This document shows positions 36,521 through 47,756 of a DNA stretch of 64,000 nucleotides, piece after piece (position 1 is the stretch's first letter; each line of letters starts with the position of its first letter). The DNA comes from Octopus bimaculoides. Lineage: Eukaryota. Under the pieces are notes generated by a model, which saw nothing but the letters and a program-made list of their open reading frames with translations, did not search any database and had not been told where the DNA came from. The DNA lies in the NCBI RefSeq assembly GCF_001194135.2, contig NC_068996.1:50588821-50652820 (forward strand), in the 5' to 3' direction. Made by a program: the position numbers and the translations under genes.

Positions 36521-37577
36521 AACTGTTCTGAAACCATCTGTATGAAAACAACAGACATGGATGATTAAGAAGTGCCCTAACTAACTTTGTGGTTTCAGAT
36601 TCAATAATACTTGTTTGGTACCTTGGGCAAATGACTTCTGTCATAGATTCAGATAAACCAAAGCATTGTAAGTTAAACTTCATAAATGGAAGCTATTTGG
36701 AAGCCATTCCTGTTCTTCAGTGATAGACTTAATCTGTCCCATTGATTAACACTTCCATTGCTGCCACCACCACTACCACCACCTAATCTTTGATGCCTTT
36801 AGCTGACTTGCTCTGTAAACTAATCTGAGGTTTAGATAATTTTTCAGATTTAAAAAAAATTACCTTTATTCAAGAACAACTTCAGCAATTTGAATTCCTG
36901 TTGCACAATCACTTGTCCTTGGCATTACTGAGAGTGATCACATCAAGAATATTTGTTTAGTCAACTTTTGACTGTTTATAATTCTGTCAGCCAGGAGTAT
37001 TCCAATTATAGATTCCAAATGTACCATATGATGATAGTTGTGTACAGTAAGCTCTTGTCCAATGATTGTATATTATTGTCTGCTATATTGATTGTGTGTG
37101 TGTATATCTTTCTATCTGTGTATGAAAAATATTTCATCTCATACAATGACATCTTTCATTCTGCAAAGGCAATATTGTTCTAAGAATGTGGTTAAGCCCC
37201 AAATCAACCCTGTTTTATAAAACGCATTCATCCATCATGAATATCCCTGTCTTTTATTTCAGTTATAAGTAAATCTAGAACTACATTATCCCCTATGTCT
37301 TACCTTGTTTAACCCTTTTTATACCAACACATCTGACTGCCACTGGCTCTGTGATATCAACTTTTTATTTTAAGGTGATCTACATCAAAACCTCCCATCA
37401 AATTTCATGGTAATTTATGTACCAAATACCAGCTTGATAAGGATTAGGTTATTTTGCTAACATCTTCATTATCTTTTAAATTAATTGAAACAAGGGCTGT
37501 GTATTTCAGTAGAAATATGGTAAAAAGACATTAGGATGGTGGTTCTCAAATAATTTAATGCAAAATGGTATCTAGCA

Positions 37578-37744
37578 GACGCAGGAGTGACTGTGTGGTA
37601 AGTAGCTTGCTTACCAAGCACATGGTTCCGGGTTCATTCCCACTGCGTGGCACCTTGAGCAAGTGTCTTCTACTATAGCCTCGGGCCGACCAAAGCCTTG
37701 TGAGTGGATTTGGTAGACGGAAACTGAAAGAAGCCCATCCTATA

Positions 37745-37781
<37 letters not shown>

Positions 37782-37968
37782 GTGTGTGTTTGTGTTTGTG
37801 TGTCTGTGTTTATGTCCCCGTAACTTAGCAGTTCAGCAAAAGAGACCGATAGAATAAGTACTAGGCTTTCAAAGAATAAGTCTTGGGTTGACTTGTTTGA
37901 CTAAAGGCGGTGCTCCAGCATGGCCGCAGTCAAATGACTGAAACAAGTAAAAGAGTAAAAGTAAAGAG
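37578..37968 (+). mobile_element. Full-length tRNA-derived SINE, family A (best copy)
   Basis: A-box-like GGAGTGACTGTGTGGTAAG, B-box-like GGTTCATTCC, central (TA)/(TG)n, tail (GAGTAAAA)n. Confidence 0.9.
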
Positions 37969-39232
37969 AGTAGTAACAGGATAGGCTCTGCTAGAGTCGG
38001 TGGAATGTTAATTGGACAAGATGCCTCGCAGTCTTTGTCCCAGCTCTCTGTATCCTGAGTTCAAATCCTGCGATAGTTTCAATTCAGGTGTTATATTCAA
38101 TCTGTTGCATGGTGTAACACATTGACCACCACATGGACCTTTTGTGGTTCATTGCAAACTACACACAGCATCCATATGTATCAACAGTGCTACATTTTCA
38201 TAAGTGGAGAAAATATTTTATTCTGTATCTTTCACATTGTTTTGAAGATGTTTAAATAACATGAGTGTTATATATTAAAGTTTAATTATGAAATATTGTA
38301 AAAATGCCAAAAAATTATTCTTCCTTGTAATTAAACAGTATACAATGAAACTGGAAACATGTGGTGTCACCACTAAGTTCCAGTAACAGGCTGTGGTAGT
38401 TAACATGTTAACACCACCACCTGATCTTTAAGTGCTTTCCTTTAGTATGGTTTATTCTATTGTAAGCATTCATACCAAGTCTTTGGTGTAAGGATGTCCT
38501 CTTCCTTCCTACCCGTCTTGGAAGCCCTATAAAGGTACTGCCCTTTTTTCTAGCTGTTGACTAAGCAATGAAAAAAGGGTGGATCACAGACTCTTTTTTT
38601 TTTTTTATGCATCATTAAAAGCTTTAGAAAAACTCTACAAATGCTTGATCATCTCTCTAAAACGTTATCATTTTGTTAAACACTAATAATAATAATAATA
38701 ATGACTTCTACTCTTGGTACAAGGCTTTGAAAATTTGGTTTTGGAGGGAGGTTAGTCGATTACATCAAACCAGTACATAACTGGTACTTATTTCATCGAC
38801 CCCAAAAGGATAAAAGGCAAAGTCATCCTTGGCAGAATTTGAACTCAGAATGTAGTGGAGGATGAAACACCGTTAACAATTCTGCCAGTTTGTCACTTTA
38901 CATAATAATAATAATACTGATTTCAAATTTTGGCTGAGAGGTAAGTTGGTTACATTGATCCCCTCATTCTCCCAGTACACAACCGGTACTTATTTTATTG
39001 ACCCCAAAAAGATGAAAATCAAAGTTGACATTGGTGGAATTTAAACTCAGAACATGAAGATGGACGAAATGTAGTTAAGCATTTCACCTGTTGTACTAAT
39101 GATTCTGTCAGGTAAGAGGGTAAAACCCCACTTCGGTCATGAATGAGCATAGGATTGCACTTAGAAAGTTCACCTCCAAGGCACAAGTACAGGTAAGATT
39201 GCTTATGGAAGATCAGTAATTGCTCATGCATA

Positions 39233-40415
39233 TGTAAGGTAACGACCGTGCGAACTCAAAAAGGAGAAATGGTGACGAATGGAAAAACAGAGGACTCCTT
39301 TTATTTAAACGCGTCACACGGTCGAACACAAAATAATATATATCAATAATGATATACATGATATGTTATGCGACGATAACATAGATGACCAGTAATGAAA
39401 GACCACAACCGTATAAGATGAATAACAGAGATATTTATTATGGCGTTAAAGATGTATGTCTGTGTGAGAGTGTGAATGCGACATATAAGAACATAATCAA
39501 AGACAGGCCGTCATACAAAGAAAAGTGTGTATGTGAGTGATACATGTGTGTGTATGTCAGTATTTACAGCAAATAGAAAGAGTCAATAACACGTGAGCAA
39601 TTATACCAGTTCTTGGGTACACAATAATATGAATCTGTATGTGAAGTGAGTTGGCTGAGTGTGGCAGTGCTGATCACTAGTTGTGATGTCGTGGCATTGA
39701 TGCCGGGCCGTGATTCTTGTTATACAGATGTTCGTCGCNNNNNNNNNNNNNNNNNNNNNNNNNNNNNNNNNNNNNNNNNNNNNNNNNNNNNNNNNNNNNN
39801 NNNNNNNNNNNNNNNNNNNNNNNNNNNNNNNNNNNNNNNNNNNNNNNNNNNNNNNNNNNNNNNNNNNNNNNNNNNNNNNNNNNNNNNNNNNNNNNNNNNN
39901 NNNNNNNNNNNNNNNNNNNNNNNNNNNNNNNNNNNNNNNNNNNNNNNNNNNNNNNNNNNNNNNNNNNNNNNNNNNNNNNNNNNNNNNNNNNNNNNNNNNN
40001 NNNNNNNNNNNNNNNNNNNNNNNNNNNNNNNNNNNNNNNNNNNNNNNNNNNNNNNNNNTGGACGAAACTGCTGAAGTGGTCGCTGGCTGCTGCTGCTGTT
40101 GTGTGGTACACGGAACAGTTCTCAAAGAGAAACTGGACCGAGACAAATTGTTGGGTATCAGTTGCTCTATTTAAGGCGTTAAGAGGGCTCCAAATGGCTT
40201 CAGAATTTTACTCTATCACGTGACCTTATTAGGGGCCGTGATTGGTCAGTTTGCGTTCTGGCGGGAAAGGTTCGAAGAATTTGCCGCTTCGAATAATAAT
40301 CAGTCACGTGATGACAAGGAATGGGTTCTCTACTACGCTCGCATTTATTTATATTTAAATGAGAAGAATGGCGATAGCAGTTTTGTATCTAATGGCGGTA
40401 GGTAGTTTCACTACA
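39233..40415. mobile_element. LTR-like insertion (TGTAAG...CTACA, contains a 320-N gap) inside an older dispersed repeat
   Basis: TGTA/TACA termini; 4-bp duplication CATA/CTTA; the flanks (..CATGCATA | CCAGCCTCCCCTC..) appear to join into one host repeat; CpG-rich. Confidence 0.5.
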
Positions 40416-42231
40416 CTTACCAGCCTCCCCTCTTCACGCCACCAATGTTATCCAAGGGAGAAGCAAAGGCCGATACAGATTGGCACCAGTGACATCACAA
40501 CTCATTTCTACAGCTGAGTGTATATACAGGGGTCGGACAAAATAGGTCGACTTCTTCGGGATTTGAACTCAGAACGTAGCGACGAGCGAAATACCGCTAC
40601 ACATTTTTTCGTCAGCTCATCGTCCTAAAAAAGAAAGAAAAAAAGAAAAAAAAGATTTCACGTTCGCTTTCCATGCTGGTATGGGTTGGACGGTCTGACA
40701 GCAGAAGTCAGAAGACGAATACAAATAATAAAAACAAAGGTGGCACGCTGGCAGAATCGTTAACACGTCGGGCAAAATGCTTAACGGCATTTTGTCCGTC
40801 TTTACGTTCTGAGTTCAAATTATGCCAGGATCGACTTTGCCTTTAATCCGTTTGAGACCGATATAATAGGTACCAATCGATGTAATCGACATACCCCTTT
40901 CCGAAACTGCTGAGTTTGTACCAAAATCTGAAGCGAATATGTATAATAAAAGAAAATAAGTAGTCGTTTGTATCTTTTTTTTTCTTCCTAAAGTTTTCAT
41001 TTTAAACCTGTATTTATTTTTCAATGATGTATGCTATCGATATTTTCCTTTATCTGCAGTAAACCACTTGGTCAGTTTTAAGAATCACTGCAGATGCATT
41101 GTGATCTGAGAGTGGTTTCCTATGCGACCATTTCCAACAAAAGGAGCTGACAAAATCATAAGCAGAGTATACTGAGATGAAAAGAGTTGTGTACCTTGCC
41201 AACAAAACACTTTGGTTTTATTCCTTTCTTTTCCTCCCTCCCTCCCTTTCCTATGCTTTTCTTGTGAATACACCAGAGGTTTAATAGTATCAACTATTAG
41301 CTGAAAAGTTTGTTGTTACAAGTCAGTAACAAAGAACTCATTGAAAACGAAATTTCGAGTTGTCTCCCTTGCTTTGGTTTACGCAACCATTTATCACGCA
41401 TTACATTCGTACGTACACACACACGCACGCACACACACATATTGGCATACTTAACGCCGGTAATTGATTCCATGACATGCGACTTAACTAGAAAGATCAA
41501 TAATTTTTTGTACATATTTTTTTACATATATTCATTCGATTTTCATTTCAGTATTGAGTTTTAGATGTATTATTAAAAATGCTAATCTTTTAAAAGACGT
41601 TGATTGAGACTGACAGATAAATCGGGTGAAGTTTATTTTCTCCATTAATTTATTTAAAAAAAACAAACAAACAAAAAACGATGCAAGTAAAAAAAAAGAC
41701 GTAACACGAAACGACGTAATTTGAGGTAGGCGTACATTGTGTTCTCTACAAAGTATGGTGTTATCTATTTCATTATCAACTTCCTGAACATGGTTGATTA
41801 ACGTCCGTAGAAATGCTTTGCAGCGGTATCTGTTCCGGCTCTTTACGTTCTGAGCTCAAATCCTTGCGTTGCCTTTCGTCTCTGAGGCTCAGTAAAATAA
41901 AGTAAAAAAACCAGGTTAAGAGTCATTGGTATCGACTAATCAATCTCTTCCAAACACAATTGCCATATATAATGGCCTTGTGCTTATACCTGAAAGGTTG
42001 CTTCTTGCTCCACTTTCGCTACAGACTAAAGATGTGGTTATACCATGGAAACCAAGTAACTGGCCTTGTTAGTCCGTGGACGCGGGATAATAATGTCTAG
42101 GGGTTATTGATGCTAAAGTACTTTTCGCATTGTTTTTTATTAGAAAAAACTTTCATATGCATTATAACAAATCATTTTGCAGTAAAATTTACATCATTAA
42201 ACAAAAGTAAAAGACGTCAATATTTCAGATT

Positions 42232-42440
42232 AAGACGGTGAGCTGGCAGAATTGTTAGCATGCTGAGGCGGCATCTTGCTTTTCATTACGTTATGAGTTC
42301 AAATTCCGCCGAGGTCGACTTTGCTTTTCGTCCTTTCGGATTCGATAAAATAAATACCAGTTGGGCACTGGGATCGATGTAAGCGACGTAACCCACCTCC
42401 ATCGAAACAGATGGCATTGTGCCGAAATTCGAAACCAATA
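42232..42440 (+). mobile_element. tRNA-derived SINE, family C (best copy)
   Basis: Head GACGGTGAGCTGGCAGAATTGTTAG, B-box-like GAGTTCAAATTCC. Confidence 0.85.
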
Positions 42441-42449
42441 TTTGGGAAT

Positions 42450-42692
42450 AAATAAATGCACCCTTTTAAAGCCTAGCCAGGATCATGGGTCCGGTTTCAA
42501 AGGCGTATGTGTTTCCTAGATGGATGGGACGCCAGTCCATCGCAGCGTTACTCATTTTTGCCAGCTGAGTGGACTGGAGCAACGTGAAATGAAGTGTTTT
42601 GCTCAAGAACACAACGCGTCACCCGATCCAGGAATCGAAACCACAATCTTACGATGATGATGCTGACACCCTAACCACTAAGCCACGCGCCA
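42450..42692 (-). mobile_element. tRNA-derived SINE with a CORE/V-like central domain
   Basis: Minus strand reads GGCGCGTGGCTTAGTGGTTAGGG (A box), GGTTTCGATTCC (B box), then TTGAGCAAAACACTT..CCAGTCCACTCAGCTGG..GCGATGGACTGGCGTCCCATCC. A fragment also lies at about 55530-55660. Confidence 0.8.
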
Positions 42693-42968
42693 CTTCGATA
42701 AATGTTAGCCAGGCTCTCACTAGATTATGCTACCGTACTGTAATTCACAAGATATACTGGAGTGATCTCCCCTTGTTATCTTCACCTCATGACAGGAGGC
42801 TAGCAAAATTAATAATTTACACTATCATTATCTCACAATAATGAGATTTTGGGGTTGTTTAGCATCAATCAAATCCTGTTCTAGTATACCAAATAGTCAA
42901 AGACATTCTAGTTCAAATCACTTTTGCATTAGTACATCTTGCCTCTAAGACTTTCCAATTATTACTTC

Positions 42969-43167
42969 ACTCTTTTACTTGTTTCAGTCATTTGACTGCG
43001 GCCATGCTGGAGCACTGCCTTTAGTCGAGCAAATCGACCCCAGGACTTATTCTTTGGAAGCCGAGTGCTTATTCTTTCGGTCTCTTTTTGCCGAACCGCT
43101 AAGTTACTGAGACGTAAACACACCCGCATCGGTTGTCAAGCGATGTTGGGGGAGAAACAGAGGCACA

Positions 43168-43206
<39 letters not shown>

Positions 43207-43346
43207 GACAGGCTTCTTTCAGTTTCCATCTACCAAAGCCATCGAGGCTATAGTAGAAGACACTTTCCCAAGGTGCCACGCAGTGGGGCTGAACCTGGAA
43301 CCATGTGGTTGGTAAGTAAGCTACTTACCACACACCCACTCCTGTC
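42969..43346 (-). mobile_element. Full-length SINE, family A
   Basis: Reverse complement of the 37578-37968 consensus. Confidence 0.9.
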
Positions 43347-43989
43347 TTTTCAAACATAGTTTATAACTGGTGTTATGAGTCTTGGATATATAAATAAATG
43401 CGAATAACAAATCAGATTTTACTATGCATGCAAGAGCCAAACAGTATTTGCTGTGGCCAATTTTCTATGGCTGGATGCCTTTCCTCTCATATTACAACCC
43501 ACAACAGAACATGTTTTCACAGAAGATTGGAGACAAATGACACCAAATGTCGCACTGCGTCAAAATAAGGTGACACAAACATGCTTGCGCGCGTGATCAC
43601 ACGAGTGTAAATATCATCATTTATCCTCTATCTTTTACCTGCTTCAGCCATTAGACTGCACCCATGCTCGGACATGGCCTTGAGGAATTTTAGCGAACAA
43701 ATTGATCACAGTACTTATTTAAAAAAAAAAAAACCTGGTACATATTCTATTGGTCTCTTGTTGGAGGACAAACACAGACAGACTCACACACACACGCACG
43801 TATGCACGCACTCATGCATGTATGTATGTTTCATAGCTAGCAGAACTTTGAAAGTTGTGATTATTCAAACGAGGAGTAGACCACAAGCTACTCTTCAGGT
43901 CCAGGATACCTTCATTATATGAAGTTTGCATTGTTATTTGGAGATCCCGTGCTTTCTATGTATTTTGATAGAATCCTCTGCCAGTCTAC

Positions 43990-44560
43990 CTTCGACTGGG
44001 GTCTGGGAAGCCCAGAGGCTGCACCAGGCCCCAATCTGATCTGGCAGTGTTTCTACAGCTGGATGCCCTTCCTAACGCCTCATTTTATTTGCCGGGTCTT
44101 CTCAGTCACATCATACCTCCAGAGGTCTCAGTCTTTTGTCATTGCCTCTCTGAGGCCCAACGTTTGAAGGTCATGCTTCGCCACCTCATCCCATGTCTTC
44201 CTGGGTCTACCTCTACCTTGGATTCCTTCTACTGTTTGGAAGTGTCTCTTCTTCACACAGCTCTCCTCATCCATCCGCAGTACATGACCATACCAACGCA
44301 AACGTCTCTCTTGCACACCACATCTGATGCTTCTTGTGTCAAACATTTCTCTCAGGGTGCTTACGCTCTGTTGTGTGTGCATACTGACATTACACATCCA
44401 GTGAATCATACTAGCTTCATTTCTTTCAAGCCTATGCATGCCTTCAGCAGTCACGGCCCACGTTTCACTGCTGTGAAGCATGGCAGTTCGCACACATGCA
44501 TCATACAATCTACCTTTCACTCTGAGCGAGAGGTCCTTTGTCACCAGTAGGGTGACAATT
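43990..44560 (-). mobile_element. RTE LINE ORF2 3' fragment
   Basis: ORF 44128-44622 [47 protein letters not shown]...RRLRWYGHVLRM. Confidence 0.9.
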
Positions 44561-44679
44561 TCTTGATGCGGGTTCTTTAGCTTCCAAATCCTTCTCCTCT
44601 GGATCAGTCTGCTTCTAGGCATCCTCTTGGTCTCGAGTCAAAAGTCACTAATGACTAGTCTATGCTAGGAGTGGAGGGT

Positions 44680-45090
44680 GCATTCCTCACCTGGGAGGGT
44701 TTTGTATTTAAGAGCAACACTGCGTCCCACTGTCTGGTGAGGATGAAATCAATCTGGCTTGCAGTCATCTGATTGATAGGTTATCAGGTGGCTGTCTGGC
44801 TTCCTGAACTTAGTGTTGCAGATTAAAAGGTTACATGCATCACAGAACTCCAGTAGCCTAGTTCCCTCATTGTTCTGGGAACCAATACCATGTACAGCAG
44901 TGAAGATACCGGATTTCCACCCAACATGCCCATTAAAATCTCTAGTCGCAAAGATGAAGTCATTGTCACTCGTTTTTGAGGTAGCCTGTAGAAGGGTATC
45001 ATAAAAATGGTCCTTCTGATCATTTGGCAGTCCCGCTTGTGAGGCGTAGGAGGAGATAATTCTAGCTCTGTTGTTCTGCAGGATTAGGGT
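44680..45090 (-). mobile_element. RTE apurinic endonuclease (APE) fragment
   Basis: Manual translation DFNGHVG...NNEGTRLLEFCDACNLLICNTKFRKPDSHLITY...QIDFILTR. Confidence 0.85.
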
Positions 45091-45259
45091 CCTGGTAAGG
45101 TATAAAGGTAGAGTATTTCCAGAGAAACAGTCAACCTGAGTTCTGGACTATCAACAGATTGTTGGATTTCAGACTAATACTGAAATTCTGCAAGTGTAGA
45201 AAATCCTGGTTTCATGATGGTAAAACCATTGTATGGGTGCGTCAAGAGTATATATATAT

Positions 45260-45335
45260 ATGGATAAATTAAGAAATGGAGTCGTATGCAGGTGTTATTC
45301 AACCTGCGTTTACCTCCATTTCTTAATTTATCCAT
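45260..45335. repeat. 76-bp hairpin with perfect 22-bp outer arms
   Basis: ATGGATAAATTAAGAAATGGAG and CTCCATTTCTTAATTTATCCAT, plus inner GCAGGT/ACCTGC pairing. Confidence 0.9.
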
Positions 45336-45486
45336 GTTATACAAAAACATTTCACTAAACCCTGGAATTTCTATCTTTATAAGTTGGCAATAATACTTGG
45401 CACTTATGTGAATTTTTGCTACCCTGGTTACTATTTTTTTTTTCTTTGTTATTTATACAAATTGAAAAAATACACATACATTTATA

Positions 45487-46605
45487 TCATCATCATCATC
45501 ATCTTCGTCGTCATGTAATGTCCGCTTTCCATGCTGGCATAGTTTGGACGGTTTGACTGAGAGCTGGCAAGTTAGCCTTCAGTCATCAGGTTCCAGTCTG
45601 ATCTGGCAAAATTTCTACAACTGGATGCCCTTCCTAATGCCAACCACCCCGAGAGTGTAGTTGGTGCTTTTTTATGTGTCACTGGCATAGGAGCCAGTCA
45701 GGTGGCACTGGCAACGATCCCGCTTGAATGGTGTTTTTTTCATGCCACCAGCATAGGAACCAGCCAGATGACACTGGCAACAATCATGCTCAAATGGTGC
45801 TTTTTATGTGCCACCAGCACTGGCAATGATCATGCTCAAATGGTACTTTTAACATGCCACTAGCACAGGTGCCAATCAGGCCGTGACAACGATTTCACTT
45901 GCCTCAACAGGTCTTCGCAAGTGCAGTTTATTGCCCAATGATTGAAGGGTACTCTTAAATGGGCTGGTTATGCTGCACTGGTATAGGCCATGGTTACGGT
46001 CTCACTTGGCTTGCCAGGCCTTCTCAAGCACAGCATATCTCCAAAGGTCTTGGTCACTTGTCATTGCCTCGGTGAGGCCCAATGTTCGAAGGTTGTACTT
46101 CACCACCTCATCCCAGGTCTTCCTGGGTATACCTCTTCCACAGGTTCCCTCTATTGCTAGAGTGTGACACTTTTTCGCACAGCTATCCTCATCCATTCAC
46201 AATACATGACCATACCAGCACAGTCATCTCTCTTGCACACCACATCTGATGCTTCTTAAGTCCAACTTTTCTCTCAGGGCGCTTACACTCTATTGTGTAT
46301 GCACACTGACATTACACATCCAGCGGAGCATACTGGCTTCATTCCTTGCAAGATTAAGCATGTTCTCAGCAGTCACGGCCCATGTTTCACTGCCATGTAG
46401 CATAGCTGTTCGTACACATGCATCATACAGTCTAACTTTTACTCTGGGTGAGAGGCCTTTTTTCACCAGCAGAGGTAGGAGCTCTCTGAACTTTACTCTG
46501 GTTATTCTTATTCTAGCAGTTACACTTTCAGAGCATCCACCCCTGCTACTGACTTGGTCATCTTGGTAATGGAAGCTATCTACTACTTGTAGTTTTTCCC
46601 CCTAG
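45487..46605 (-). mobile_element. 5'-truncated RTE LINE with a continuous ORF2 end, 3' UTR and (GAT)n tail
   Basis: ..[29 protein letters not shown] runs straight into the repeated 3' UTR and the tail at 45487. Confidence 0.9.
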
Positions 46606-46741
46606 AACGGAAGCTGTTTTATATATATTATATATGAATATATATACAAGTAAGCACATAAATGCAAAACAAGGTGGGAAAAAATACTCAAATACTGGAG
46701 GTAGAGTAATATGCTTTTATTAAAGCTGCAAAAAGCATCAC

Positions 46742-46785
46742 AAACTGTTACTCAGAGTTTCACATTACTGTTCATCAGACAGTTT
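46742..46785 (-). ncRNA. Minimal type I hammerhead ribozyme (Penelope-type)
   Basis: Minus strand reads AAACTGT-CTGATGA-ACAGTAATGT-GAAA-CTCTGAG-TA-ACAGTTT: 7-bp stem I, intact CUGAUGA and GAAA core, stem II ACA/UGU, palindromic stem III, GUA cleavage triplet. Confidence 0.8.
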
Positions 46786-47756
46786 AGATTGATCACAACA
46801 GTCCAACAAAGAGTAATAGGAAATTCTGAGTAACACTATGTGAAGGGCTTTGCAGTTTTAATAAAAGTATATATATAATAAATGAAAAAAATGTAGGGTA
46901 AATAAACAAATGGTATAGCATATACTAAGTGTACAACCAGATTGGAGACAAACACAAGTGTACAACTAGATGGGAGACAAACATCAGTTATCAACCAATT
47001 AGTAATACTCAGTTTAGTCTGATTTTCATGTTTTATTATTTGCAATTTTTACAATTTTACAATTTTACAATATTGAAATAAACTAATACTTTCAGGTGTT
47101 TAAGCAATCATCAGGTTCCATAATTGACAACTTTAGTGAAATGGTTGGATTTATCCTTCAAATAAGGGGTCGGTGAACAGGAGTAAATTGCCCCAGGTGG
47201 GGTAAAAAGGAAATCCTTTGGGGTAATGAGGACTCATTAGACATAAGTAAAATTATATAAAAACATGTTCCTTGTTATGACAGAAATTTTCCTTCTGGCA
47301 GCAATGGATGTGTTCAGGAAATGTCATGCCATTCTGAACTAAGGCATTAGTCAAGTGACTAAACAGGTATTATTTGTCAGTTGTCTTTTATCCACCTTAA
47401 CCGTATTTTTTGATGTTTTTGCTTTGTTTAAGTAGATTTAAGTAGTTATTTAATTCAACTCTTTAACAAATTTGAATGGACCCTGAAGACTGTATCTAAA
47501 TTTCTCTGGCATCGAAATGCCCCAATTTTGATGTAATTGTAACAGAAATGAAACATCATTTTTCCAAAACCTGAAGGGAAAAAGTTTCTAGAAAAATCCT
47601 TTTGTTTCCTAATGAGGATATTAATTTATTTTGTTGCATTTGTTTTATACTTTTATATTTAGTATTGTATTCTCTATATAAATAGATTCAATCAAACTTT
47701 TGAATTCAAAGAATCTATGATTTTCTTCCTTTCAAATCAAGGGAGTAACATTGGCA

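Noticed and set aside
41297-42130. Promoter or first exon in the CpG-retaining 41-42 kb block (partial X-box ACCATGGAAAC near 42043)
   Set aside because: Only a half-site match, and I found no convincing ATG-donor or acceptor-ORF-donor combination.
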